This document shows positions 52,160-64,000 of a stretch of 64,000 bases of DNA, piece by piece. The translations under genes were made by a program, and so were the position numbers. The DNA is taken from contig CM059431.1 of the NCBI GenBank assembly GCA_030390025.1, forward strand, positions 130,884,001-130,948,000. The letters are read 5' to 3'. The notes beneath the pieces are model-generated. The model worked only from the letters and a program-made list of their open reading frames with translations. It searched no databases and had not been told where the DNA came from. Origin of the DNA: Squalus acanthias. Taxonomy: Eukaryota. Position 1 is the stretch's first letter; every line of letters starts with the position of its first letter.

Positions 52160-53100
52160 ATGGGGGCTCTAGTTGCAGTTCCCCTTGCGCTGCAGCATGA
52201 CAGGGAGATGGAGCAGAGGCAGCAAAGAAGACAAGCTGCTCACAGAGGGAGGAGGAAGAGGGCTCTCAGCAGGAGGCCTTACCTACCTAGGGTCTTCAGG
52301 GAGCACCTCTCCTACCTGCACCTAAGCCAAGGAGCAGTGTGTTCAGCGGTTCTGCTTCACCAAGGAGGTGGTCACAGAACTCTGCTGCCTCTTGGAACCA
52401 GACCTGCAGCCTCAGAGCAGGGCGACGATGGGAGTGCCAGTGGCCCTCAAGGTGACCATGGCCCTGATTTTTTTTCGCCAGCGGATCCTTCCAGGATAGA
52501 ACAGGTGACACAGCAAACATCTCGCAGTTCACCATCCATTGCTGCATCCGGGAGGTCACAGAGGCTCTGCACGCTAGGAGAGGGGACTTCATTGTCTTCT
52601 CTCTAAACAGATAGAAGCAGGACACAATAGCAAAATACTGCAGATGCTGGAAATCTGAAATAACAACAGAAAATGCTGGAAACACTCAGCAGGCCAGGCA
52701 GCATCTGTGGAGAGAGAAACAGAGTTAATGTTTCAGGTCTATGACTCTTCGTCAGAACTGGAAAAAGTTAGGGATCTCCTGCCTTCAATCCTAGCACAGA
52801 CTGTCCCTTTAGCTCCTTCCTCCACTCCCCCCACCAACCCCCCCACCCCACCCCCGCCCCGCCTCTGCACCTGCTTAAAACCTGTTACATCTCTAACTTT
52901 TTCCAGTTCTGACGAAGGGTCACAGACCTGAAATGTTAACTCTGTTTCTCTCTCCACGGATGCTGCCTGGCCTGCTGAGTGTTTCCAGCATTTTTCTGTT
53001 GTTATTTCAGATAGAAGCAGGAAGTGCGCACACGTGGCTTTGCCAGGATATCGGTCCTTCTCATAGTGCAGGGTGCCATTGACAGCACACACGTGGTGGT
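52160..53100 (+). pseudogene. HARBI1-like Harbinger transposase, frameshifted and truncated
   Basis: RVFREHLSYLHLS...FTKEVVTELC...ALKVTMAL..ASGSFQ...ISQ..IHCCIREVT, then GFARI...VQGAIDSTHV. Confidence 0.85.
52623..53007. mobile_element. Penelope-end insertion with inverted terminal copies
   Basis: 52654-52773 is the reverse complement of 52890-53012; flanking direct repeat CAGATAGAAGCAGGA. Confidence 0.85.
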
Positions 53101-53511
53101 CTGCTGCATCATCCACCATGGGTTCCCCGACCACCTCGGGAGGAGGAGGAGGAGGAGGAAGGGAGGAGGCAGCCTGCACATCCACGTTTCAGACATGAGC
53201 GCATCATCAGAATCCAGTTCCCCTGAATGAAACCCCAGATCCCCATTGCTCAACACTTCCCCACCTCACCAGCCCTCTGTCATGGAACATCACAGCATCC
53301 TCTTCACCACAGCTGAAATGAAAGCCACCACAAAACAAACATTCCAAACCACATTTATAAATCATTCAATCCAATAGCACATAACAAAGTCAACTACTCA
53401 CCCTTGTGCATTCCCTTCGTGCCTGTCTTCCGTGTGCCTTTGCCTGTCCTAGTGCTCCTACGCAGTGCTACCACAGTGGCTACAACATGGCTGGTGGAAG
53501 GCTGCTGACTT

Positions 53512-56500
53512 TCAGTGGGGGGAGATTGCAGATGGTCTTGCAGGACGAGCTCGAGCAGCTCTGGGCCTAGAAGACCCGGCTATAGACTGCACCACCTTGG
53601 CATAGGCGACAGCAGTCTGGGCTGCCGAGCTAACAGGCAACAGCAAGAGCAATGGCGGAGTGGCAGTGGAGGAAGTACAAATGCTGTCATCCTGAGAGAG
53701 GACAACAGGTTCGTGCTCCACGGAGCCACTGCCACTCTCCTGGGGCGGCGCCTCAGCAATCCTAGTAATCTGCTGGAGGACGGATTGCTGGATTGCTGTG
53801 AGACCCTGCAAGCCCCTTTCCACACTGGTAAACCCAGCCACGATGGCAGCAGTCTGAGCTTGTGTGGCAGCAACCTGACCTTGCGTGACAGAAGTCTGAG
53901 CTTCCACTGCAGCACTCAGATGTTGGGTCACTTCCGCTTGTGCTGCAATGGAAGCTGAGACATCGCCCATCAGACCCTGCATCATGGTTGGGTCCACAAG
54001 TGCACTAATGGCGTTACCCATCTCTTCCATCCTGGAAATCATGGGCTCCAAGCTCCTTGCAAAGCACTATGCAAGGTTGGAACCGGACTCCTTGACAGTG
54101 GCAACAGACTCTCTGGCAGGCCTGCCAATGCACCAAGCATTTCTGTGTGCACGCCCATCACCCTTCTTCTATAGGCCGCCCCATCAAAGTCCTCTTCTGA
54201 GTCCTCTGCAGCAGAACCCATGTGCGACCTCGCCCTCCAGGGAGCTGGCACTTGTGCTACCCTTGCCCCTGCCCTGGCTACAGGCCACTCGTGCCCGGTG
54301 ACTCACCACGTGCAGATCCGCCTCTATACGACCGTCTGAAGTACGTGCAGTGTCAGTTTCTGAGCTGGTTCCTGCGAGTGTGAGATCGAGTGACAGTGTC
54401 TCATCTTCTGAACCACTCACCTCTTGCTCTTCCTGCACTGGATGGGCAGGTTGGAGTTCCTGAGCATCTGAAAAGAGAAACGAACAAGGTTAGGGTTGTG
54501 ATGAGGTATGGGGGGAAAGCAAGATATCCATGCTTACACCATCAGCAGCTTCTAAGTAAGAAGAGATTGCGGACTGAGGGGAAGTGGGATGTGAGAAGGA
54601 AAATTAGATATGAGCATAGTGTCATCTTCAATGGTGTCATCCTCGCCAATTGACACAGTCTCAGTGACGGCCCCTCCACTAATGTCAAGCACGGTCTCTT
54701 CCAGCTGGGTCAGGATCTGCAGGCTTGCCCCCCACCGTCGGTTAACTGTTGCTGTCTACGGTTATGAGACACCTTGCCCTGCAAGAGAGAGGGAAGTGTG
54801 TCAGTGAGTGTGGTGCAATGTGTTTGGGTGAAGTGTGTCAGTGAGTGTGGTGCAATGTGTTTGGGTGAAGTGTGTCAGTGAGTGTGGTGCAATGTGTTTG
54901 GGTGAAGTGTGTCAGTGAGTGTGGTGCAATGTCTTTGGGTGAAGTGTGTCAGTGAGTGTGGTGCAATGTGTTTGGGTGAAGTTTGTCAGTGAGTGTGGTG
55001 CAATGTGTTTGGGTGAAGTGTGTCAGTAAGTGTGGTGCAATGTGTTTGGGTGAAGTGTGACAGTGAGTGTGGTGCAGTGTGTTTGGGTGAAGTGTGTCAG
55101 TGAGTGTGGTGCAATGTGTTTGGGTGAAGTGTGTCAGTGAGTGTGGTGTAGTGTGTTTGGGTGAAGTGTGTCAGTGAGTGTGGTGCAATGTGTTTGGGTG
55201 AAGTGTGTCAGTGAGTGTGGTGCAATGTGTTTGGGTGAAGTGTGTCAGTGAGTGTGTGTAATGTGTTTGGGTGAAGTGTGTCAGTGAGTGTGGTGCAATG
55301 TGTTTGGGTGAAGTGTGTCAGTGAGTGTGGTGCAATGTGTTTGGGTGAAGTGTGTCAGTGAGTGTGGTGCAGTGTGTTTGGGTGAAGTGTGTCAGTGAGT
55401 GTGGTGCAATGTGTTTGGGTGAAGTGTGTCAGTGAGTGTGGTGTAGTGTGTTTGGGTGAAGTGTGTCAGTGAGTGTGGTGCAATGTGTTTGGGTGAAGTG
55501 TGTCAGTGAGTGTGGTGCAATGTGTTTGGGTGAAGTGTGTCAGTGAGTGTGGTGCAATGTGTTTGGGTGAAGTGTGTCAGTGAGTGTGGTGCAATGTGTT
55601 TGGGTGAAGTGTGTCAGTGAGTGTGGTGCAATGTGTTTGGGTGAAGTGTGTCAGTGAGTGTCGTGCAATGTGTATGGGTGAAGTGTGTCAGTGAGTGTGG
55701 TGCAATGTGTTTGGGTGAAGTGTGTCAGTGAGTGTGGTGCAATGTGTTTGGGTGAAGTGTGTCAGTGAGTGTGGTGCAATGTGTTTGGGTGAAGTGTGTC
55801 AGTGAGTGCGGTGCAGTGTGTTTGGGTGAAGTGTGTCAGTGAGTGTGGTGCAGTGTGTTTGGGTGAAGTGTGTCAGTGAGTGTGGTGCAATGTGTTTGGG
55901 TGAAGTGTGTCAGTGAGTGTGGTGCAATGTGTTTAGGTGATGTGTGTCAGTGAGTGTGGTGCAATGTGTTTGGGTGATGTGAGTCAGTGAGTGTGGTGCA
56001 ATGTGTTTAGGTGAAGTGTGTCAGTGAGTGTGGTGCAATGTGTTTGGGTGAAGTGTGTTTCAGTGAGTGTGGTGCAATGTGTTTGGGTGAAGTGTGTCAG
56101 TGAGTGCGGTGCAATGTGTTTGGGTGATGTGTGTCAGTGAGTGTGGTGCAATGTGTTTGGGTGAAATGTGTCAGTGAGTGTGGTGCAATGTGTTTGGGTG
56201 AAGTGTGTCAGTGAGTGTGGTGCAATGTGTATGGGTGAAGTGTGTCAGTGAGTGCGGTGCAATGTGTTTGGGTGATGTGTGTGTCAGTGAGTGTGGTGCA
56301 ATGTGTTTGGGTGAAATGTGTCAGTGAGTGTGGTGCAATGTGTTTGGGTGAAGTGTGTCAGTGAGTGTGGTGCAATGTGTTTGGGTGAAGTGTGTCAGTG
56401 AGTGTGGTGCAATGTGTTTGGGTGAAGTGTGTCAGTGAGTGTGGTGTAGTGTGTTTGGGTGAAGTGTGTCAGTGAGTGTGGTGCAATGTGTTTGGGTGAA

Positions 56501-57587
56501 GCGTGTCAGTGAGTGTGGTGCAGTGTGTTTGGGTGATGTGTGTCAGTGAGTGTGGTGCAATGTGTTTGTGCGAAGTGTGTCAGTGAGTGTGATGCAATGT
56601 GTTTGGGTGAAATGTGTCAGTGAGTGTGGTGCAATGTGTTTGGGTGATGTGTGTCAGTGAGTGTGGTGCAATGTGTTTGTGCGAAGTGTGTCAGTGAGTG
56701 TGATGCAATGTGTTTGGGTGAAGTGTGTTTCAGTGAGTGTGGTGCAGTGTGTTTGGGTGAAGTGTGTCAGTGAGTGTGGTGCAATGTGTTTGGGTGAAGT
56801 GTGTCAGTGAGTGTGGTGCAATGTGTTTGGGTGAAGTGTGTCAGTGAGTGTGGTGCAATGTGTTTGGGTGAAGTGTGTCAGTGAGTGTGGTGCAATGTGT
56901 TTGGGTGATGTGTGTCAGTGAGTGTGGTGCAATGTGTTTGGGTGAAGTGTGTCAGTGTGTGTGGTGCAATGTGTTTGGGTGAAGTGTGTCAGTGAGTGTG
57001 GTGCAATGTGTTTGGGTGATGTGTGTCAGTGAGCGTGGTGCAATGTGTTTGGGTGAAGTGTGTTTCAGTGAGTGTGGTGCAATGTGTTTGTGCGAAGTGT
57101 GTCAGTGAGTGTTTGGGTGATGTGCCTGTCAGGGTTGAACTGCTGGCAGTGTGTGCAAGGTGTGAGATGTCGGTATTAGGCTTGCAGCAGTGGTTGGTGT
57201 GTGAGGGTGAGGTGAAGCTATGACTGTGAGGTATGAGTCGTGATTGATAGAGATTGTTGGTAGGTGAGTGATGGGGGTGTGGTGTATTGAGCAGTGTCTG
57301 AGTCTCGTGGTGCAGTGGCGGGAGACGGCTTTTGAAGATGCATTCACTCACCTTGAACACTCGTGAGGTCATTGAACTTTATTCAACACTGGATCCAGAT
57401 CCTCAGGGTAAGACTACTGGCAGTGACCGCTTCCGCTATCTGCTCCCACTGCCTTCTGACTGAGTCTGGAGGGCCTCCCGGTCCTCTGCGGGTGTACGAC
57501 CTGTCTCCACTGTTCTTCCCCCCACACTAAGGCCCCTAGTGCTGCGACGGAGAACCTTGGTGCCCTTTCTCTGCCCTGTTGAGCCAT
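53512..57587 (-). pseudogene. Harbinger Myb/SANT-like DNA-binding protein gene (spliced, degenerate)
   Basis: ATG 57587 MAQQGRERAPRFS; donor AAG|GTGAGT at 57351; acceptor TTGCAG at 54779; exon 2 GKVSHNRRQQQLT; downstream coiled-coil ORF 53512..54051. Confidence 0.75.
54793..57120. repeat. 37 bp minisatellite, ~63 copies
   Basis: Unit GAAGTGTGTCAGTGAGTGTGGTGCAATGTGTTTGGGT. Confidence 0.97.
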
Positions 57588-57588
57588 T

Positions 57589-57842
57589 ACAACAACAAGA
57601 AGAAGTATTTATATAGCACCTTTAACGTGGTAAAACATTCCAAGGCAGTTCACAGGAGTATTATAAGACACAAAAAAAATTTGACACCGAGCCACATAAG
57701 GAGAAATTAGGGCAGATGACCAAAAGCTTGGTCAAAGAGGTAGGTTTTGAGGAGCGTCTTAAAGGAGGAAAGAGAGGTAGTGAGGCAGAGAGGTTTAGGG
57801 AGGGAATTCCAGAGCTTAGGGCCTAGGCACCAGAAGGCAGTG
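57589..57842 (-). mobile_element. L2 3' end
   Basis: Reverse complement of 13790-14017. Confidence 0.9.
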
Positions 57843-57940
57843 GCAGCTGCCTTGACCAGCTCTTCCAGCAGCTGCTGAATGCAGGATGCACCTCACCTTT
57901 AAAAGGTGCCGACTGCCTTTAAAATTGGAGGCTAGCTTTA

Positions 57941-58401
57941 AGAAAGAAAAGAAAGACTTGCATTTATATAGCGCCTTTCACGACCTCCAGACATCTCAAA
58001 GCGCTTTACAGCTAATGAAGTACTTTTGAAGTATAGTCACTGTTGTAATGTAGGAAACATGGCAGCCAATTTGCGCACAGCAAGCTCCCACAAACAGCAA
58101 TGTGATAATGACCAGATAATCTGTTTTTGTTATGTTGATTGAGGAATAAATATTAGCCAGGACACCGGGGATAACTCCCCTGCCCTTCTTCGAAATAGTG
58201 CCATGGGATCTTTTACGTCCACTTGAGAGAGCAGATCAGGACCTCGGTTTAACGTCTCATCCGAAAGACGGCACCTCGGACAGTGCAGCACTCCCTCAGT
58301 ACTGCACTGGAGTGTCAGCTCAAGTTCCTGGAAGTGGGATTTAAACCCACAACCTCCTGACTCAGTGGTGAGAGTGCTACCCACTGAGCCACAGCTGACA
58401 C
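57941..58401 (-). mobile_element. Near full-length DeuSINE (SacSINE1-like)
   Basis: tRNA-like head GTGGCTCAGTGGGTAGCAC, Deu-domain GATGAGACGTTAAACCGAGG...AAAGATCCCATGGCAC, L2-like tail. Confidence 0.85.
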
Positions 58402-59551
58402 TGTTAGAGCTAACCTCACACAAACTTCGGCCCCCTGCTGAGCGCTCAGCAGTGCACACAACACCGTGCTGCATGCATCAATAACGATAATAAGCAAGCA
58501 ACATGAATGTCGCGTGCTGTCTGCATTACTTTCAACGGGTGCGGGCCGATCGCACATCACGATCCCGCGCCAAATTTCGGGCCCAATCGAATTTTTAACC
58601 CCTTTCTCTCGCTCTCTGTCTATATATCTATCTATTTCACTGACTGATGTAACTAATGTCACCAGGGGCTGCCTGAAAACATCTGGATGTGTAAAAGTTA
58701 AGAGCATTTTGTCACGAGCCTTACTACATTCAGGATAAACCAATTCCGATTTGAGTCCGAAACCAGGAGTTATTAGCATATTCAAGCAGCCTAACGCCTA
58801 TGTTAGATGGCCGCCAAGTGTTGCAAATGAATGCCATCCCAGTTTCCTCTTTCCAAATGCATTTTTGTTGACTGTCCATCTAAGCAGTCAGTTTAATAGT
58901 TAACAACCAGAATCTAACAGGGAGCGGAACTGTTCTGCTTCACTGGAAACTTGATTAATAGGGAGTTAGCTTGCTCTCAAACTCTTCTGTGGAACACACA
59001 ATAAGTGCTTCCTTTTCCACCAGTAGATACTATATTTGGCTGCTTACACTAGGTATCAGTGTATAAACATGGACATGTCATTCAAGATCAAAGATGGGTT
59101 TAAATAATGAGGGCACTTAAGGTCACTTGATCTGCCTTCTTCCAGATAACTATCCCCACTGTTGCAACATTGTTGTGGGTGAATAGGGCCCCTTTGTTCT
59201 TAATTGGCCATTTCCTCTTGAAACTGAAAACTGCTCTAACCACAATGGGCCCTCCACTTACAATTAGCCAGGTGCGATGGAAGTGGACAAAACCACATCA
59301 AGAAGAAAATAGAGGTAACGAGATGTGGACAAAAAACACAGCTTACATAGAGAAGATTGGCCAAATTTAATAATGAGGTCGCTTTGCAAGATATGATGGG
59401 ACATGTCTGCGAATTAGAATGGGATATAAACCGAATACCTGATTGGAGGGATGAACCTTTGTTGCTGATGTACCTTCGAGCAGGGGTTCTCAACTGGGGG
59501 TTCATGAGAAGGTTTCAAGGGGCCGCCAAATCAGCATCTTTCAAGAATAAA

Positions 59552-61309
59552 GGGCTAAAAATTCGGAGGGGTAACGCCGGCTGTCACCGCCCGATTAATG
59601 AAAAAAATGACGGCCGCCGCACTTCTGCCCACTGCCGGTGGGTCCCGTGGCAGCTGCCATTTTTGGCTGGGCAGCAGCGCTGCCAATGTCAACGCTCATG
59701 AAAATTATTTAGATTATGCAAATCGTGACGTCATTGAGTGTGCAACGCTCACTTGATGCCCAATCTGCCATTTTCAACTTCGCCTTAGCTGCGACCAGCT
59801 GAGCAAGCGTTGACAAGCAGGAAGGAGGATTCAGCAGCATTATTTAAAGGGATCATCGGCAACTACTTGAAGCTGACATGTTTCTTCAGTTTGACTGGCT
59901 CTGTGGAACTTCTCCAACAGCTTTATAAACTTCTTTCAAGGTCCTAAGGTCGGGGGGTGTTGGGACATGTGGAGAAACGCCTTCATTCTTACATAAAGGA
60001 TCTGCTCACAACACTTGCCCACAGTCATGAGGGCTCTACTGACAGCCCCCCTTGCGCTTGAGTTTCTTAGGGAGATGGAGCGGAGGCAGCGAAGAAGAGG
60101 AGAAGATGCTCACAGAGGGAGGAGGAGGGCCAGGAGGGTTCTCAACAGCAGCCTGGAAATCATGGGCTCCAAGCTCTGTGCAAAGCTCTGGCCAACGTTG
60201 GAGACGGTCTCCTCCATGCTCCCTGACATTGCCAAGAGGCTCTCTGGAAGGCTTGCCATTGCACCTAGCAATTCAATGTGAGAAGAAGGATTAGGAATAA
60301 GCATACCGTTGCTGTCCCCAAGGGATTCAATCTCGCCGGTTGCCAAGGCCTCCATGACTTCCCGTCCAATGATGTTGAGCACTCGCTCCTCCAGTTGTCT
60401 CAGTATGGCAGCTTGTGTCTGTCTGCTGCTGCTCCTGCCGATTATGCGCTACTTTAGCCTGCAAGAGAAAGGGAAGTGTGTGAGTGAGTGTGGTGCAATG
60501 TGTTTGGGTGATGTGCCTACCATAGTTGAATAGCTGTCAGTGTGTGCAAGGTGTGAGATGTGGGTGTGAGTGTTGCAACAGTGGTAAGGTTATGAGAGTG
60601 AAGTGAAGCTATGATTGTGAGATCTGAGTGGTGATAGGTGGAGATTGTTGGTAGGTGAGTGCTGTGGGTGTGGTGCATTGAGCAGTGTGTGAGGCTTGTG
60701 GTGCAGATGGTGGGATATGGCATTTGCTGAAGCCTTCACTCACCTTGACCTGCCATGTGAGGTTATTAAACTTCTTGCGGCATTGGGTGGAGGACCTGGA
60801 GACCACACTGGTAGCCGTCACATAATCGGATATCTCCCGCCACAGCCTTCTGGACCTATGGGCCGATGGCTTCCTGCCGGCTTGCGGGAAGAGGACAGCC
60901 CGCCTCCTCTCCACGGCCACTACCAGTGACTCCAGAGTCGGATCTGAGAAGCGTCTTGCTCTCTCCCTGTGCTGAGGTTCAGCCATCTCTTTGTAGTTGG
61001 TTGTGCTTCCAAGTGGAGTTCCAGGTGGAATGACAATGAGGTGTTGTTGCATCAATGCACCTCCCCTTTAAGTACTGAATAAAGCCGAGGCAAACCATGA
61101 GTGGGAATTAGACTGTACCTGATACTGGCCCACCTGTTGAGTGGTAAGTCAATGAGCAGCGGTTTTAGCGCTGAGATCAGCACTTTAATCATGTTAATGA
61201 GGACTGAGCACGAATTTTGCGTGCTACCTAGACCAGTTTGACCCGGCGCAGCTCAATAGCGCTGGGCCATGATACCGCGTGTTTTCGGGTCATATCCAAT
61301 TTCTAGGCC
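59552..61309. mobile_element. Internally deleted Harbinger transposon
   Basis: TIR GGGCTAAAAATT / AATTTCTAGGCC; transposase N-terminus (60026-60142) fused to a Myb gene remnant. Confidence 0.82.
60143..60986 (-). pseudogene. Harbinger Myb/SANT-like (NAIF1/MSANTD-type) gene remnant
   Basis: MAEPQHRERARRFSDPTLESLVVAVERRRAVLFP...LWREI...RSSTQCRKKFNNL; intron 60743-60459; exon 2 AKVAHNRQEQQQT. Confidence 0.85.
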
Positions 61310-62079
61310 ACAATCTTTTTAATAAGCACATTCTGCGGCAAGGTCAACAAAAAAAAGAGCTAGAGTGTTCACTACCGATGTCAATGGTGCCCCTTTTATT
61401 GCTAAGAATGAGACCTCAAAATTTGCTAAATTTTTCTTTCACCCACCTCCATTTTGCATTGGAAAGTATGCTGGAGCTTAGATGCACATCGTATATGGTG
61501 ATCCATCCGATTTTCTATTGTGGGATCTTGCTGTGCATGAATTTGCTGCTGGTTTTTACAACGTGACAGAAGCCACTCTTACAAAATAGTTGTGTTGTGT
61601 TACAGGGGGTCTGTGGAATTTTTATAACATGGTGGGGGGGGGCCTCAGAAGTAAAAGGTTGCGAACCCCTGCCTTAGAGGCCGATAAACCTTAGCTGCCG
61701 ATGAACCATAGGGGTTTATGACCCTTAACTGCTGATGACCACAGGCAGATGATCTGTAGCTGCCTGCTTGGCGGACAATAGATTGATTGTTGGTGAGCTT
61801 ATATATTTTTGCTTATATTGCTGTTGTGTACGTAAACGGTTCAGTTATATGTTTGCCTTTTGCTAAACTAAGCCTCCTAAAATGAGATTTTTTTTATGTG
61901 GAGAAACTTGATGTTAAATAATCAATTAATTCTTTGGACTAATCTATTTATTGGTGTGCTTAACCATACTCGAGCCTAAGGCACGAATCCCCTCTCTCTG
62001 GCAAGTGACTGCAGTCTGGTCTGCCAGAGATAGCAGTCAGCAGGGATATACTTGAGATAGAGGTTCTCAGGTCCCAACC

Positions 62080-62690
62080 CTATCTGTCGTGATACATGGA
62101 TCCTTCTACAGTGCACAAACCAATAAGGCATCGGACGTGTTTCTGATGCTGTTCGAGCGTGAGAGGTTGGCCCTCTAAATTGGACTTCTTTGCACCTGCT
62201 TTCTGCCTGGAAAATGGATGAAAGGAGGTCCAATTTCACCCCCCCTAAAGTCAATTAAATGACAGGGCACATGTAACAATAGCACTGTGTTACCTGGTTG
62301 AAAGGTAACAAGAGATGAGTTATCTAGAACTTGGTATCCCTTAATCAAGATGTCAAAATCTGAAAAGGATTAATAATAAAGAGCGTAGGGATCCAGATAT
62401 TCTAGTGATTCATGGGCCTGAACAGTAGCCAGCCAAAGAAATTCACACTACTTTGTATATTAATTAATCAAAGTTACCTTTAATGACTTAACATTGCACA
62501 CAGCATTAAAACTGTTTACACAAGCATGAAGACAGCCTCAAGCATTACAATCAACCTTTAAACCATGGAATCAGCGTCAAGGCAGCAGAGTGATCAGCTG
62601 AGCTCTCACCTGGTACTTGACTCTTCTTCTCGTGGGACGTCCCCCTCGAGACAGAGCTTTGTTAGGCTCTCGTCAATTGCATTTCTGGAC
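62080..62690 (-). other. Possible pair of host exons (62690-62610 and 62206 onward)
   Basis: CAG|...CAG|GTGAGA 81 nt segment and a strong acceptor CCTCCTTTCATCCATTTTCCAG; product not recognised. Confidence 0.25.
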
Positions 62691-63240
62691 CTGCCACAAT
62701 GATTTTCACAGTAGACAGTGAACAACTTGTTTACTTAATACTTTTAATTGGTGTAAGATTTCCTGGCAGTCTTAACAATGTCAGACTGTCAACTGGTTAT
62801 AGTTGAAGTGCAACACAAAAAAGTGTCTGTAATATATGATATAAATCTGCTAAAATATGTAGTCTATGTTTTTATTATATGGTTCTTGGTAGTTGGGGCA
62901 TGAGTAAAAGTTAAGGGAGAGTCCCATTTTGTCCAATCACCCCACCCCCGCCAGTTGCCAGGCCTCAATAGTTAACAGGCCTCAATGATGGACAGTTGTC
63001 TGTTTGCATTTAGCTTCTTCATGATGTTAAAACCAAATGCAATTATCTCACTTGGTTTTATGGATGATAGGAATGTGTAGGCCTCATCTTATCTGGGTGC
63101 AGACCCTCTCAGTGCCTTTCATCTCTTCTCCTCCCTTCCCCTTCTCAAGATGTTGACTCTGTGGTGGAGTACATTTCCACAGGTGCCAGGTACCCTCTAG
63201 TCCATTGTCCAAGGATATTTTAGTGTGGCCTTTGACAGTA

Positions 63241-64000
63241 AGGCCGGAATTTTGCCAGCGCTCAGAGTGCGAGTTTGGAGGCGGGACCGCTGTCAAAATC
63301 GCAAAGATTGACAGCAGGTAGGAAACCTGCTGTCAACCCGCCTCCAATCAATCTTCCCAAGTGTCGGGTCCCCAATTTGCGCATGGACCCGACACCTAGC
63401 GGCGGGAAGAGGATTAAAACCACTTAACTGCCTGTTAACAGGTACTTGATAGTTGTTAACAGGCTCTTTTTCAATTTTGCCACTTCTGCCTCGGGTTTCC
63501 CGATGACCGGACACCACGCCAGGTAAGTGTGGCGTGTTGTGAGTCTGCTGTAGTGTTTCTGCATTGATGACAGCTGCAGAAGTGGTGTGAAGGATCCAAT
63601 GGTGCACTGGTGAGTTTCAGAGGTAAGAAAATGTTGGGAAAATCAATTTTAATGCATTTACACTTTTCCGAAGGTAACAAGTTTTGAATTGGATGTCTAG
63701 TCCCACCTCATTGGGAGAACCTCTCTCACCAGTGACAGATCGCTGCTATCACCTCACCTGCAGCTGCCATCTGTTCTAGCCTATGGAGGGAGTCACTGGA
63801 GAGCCTGGGTGCAAGAGCTCACCTTTGTACAGTGATTGTCAGTGTCTGCAGCACCTCAATACTGTCAAACAGAGAAATGAGCTGTCAAAAAAAAATTGTG
63901 CGTGGTCCCTTTAAGAAAACAGGCAGATGACGCGTCATCAAATGATGTCATCTGACTGGCTTCCTCTTAATTGGCTGGCAAGCCCGCAGGGCGGGCTTAA
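63241..64000. mobile_element. Probable Harbinger-type MITE running to the window end
   Basis: Starts AGGCCGGAATTTT like other termini here; CpG-rich subterminal blocks. Confidence 0.5.

Larger units (their letters stand above)
51660..58602. mobile_element. Decayed two-gene Harbinger transposon with nested PLE, minisatellite, L2 and DeuSINE
   Basis: TIR-like ends; transposase remnant on + and Myb/SANT gene on - in convergent orientation. Confidence 0.8.
59481..61671. mobile_element. hAT (Charlie-like) MITE split by a Harbinger insertion
   Basis: TIR CAGGGGTTCTCAAC / GTTGCGAACCCCTG; 8 bp TSD CCTTCGAG/CCTTAGAG. Confidence 0.85.

Noticed and set aside
30730..57120. CRISPR-like interpretation of the 32 bp and 37 bp arrays
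   Set aside because: Units are head-to-tail with no unique spacers, there are no cas genes, and the context is eukaryotic.
58330..58401. tRNA-like sequence
   Set aside because: Head of a DeuSINE, not a tRNA gene.

Overview
Repeat-dense vertebrate genomic DNA, most likely from a cartilaginous fish (inferred from the mix of DeuSINE, CR1, L2, Penelope and Harbinger repeats). No host gene is securely identifiable. The outstanding feature is an LTR retroelement on the minus strand at 1-5948. It has a ~1.77 kb LTR, a tRNA-Arg primer-binding site and a ~600-codon gag with two internal stops. Where pol should be, there is an in-frame second ORF that begins with a diverged duplicate of a Gag N-terminal module. 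After that comes an uninterrupted envelope-like ORF that is absent from the supplied ORF track because it runs off the window edge. This Env has a signal peptide, an immunoglobulin-like domain, an F-protein-type region, a furin site (RQRR) and a fusion peptide. The rest of the window holds CR1, L2 and other LINE fragments, DeuSINEs, Penelope-like ends with hammerhead-ribozyme cores, several decayed two-gene Harbinger transposons and their MITEs, a hAT MITE, and two large minisatellites. One minisatellite visibly arose from a Harbinger intron. All family assignments come from motif recognition by eye; no database searches were run, and repeat boundaries are approximate unless stated.
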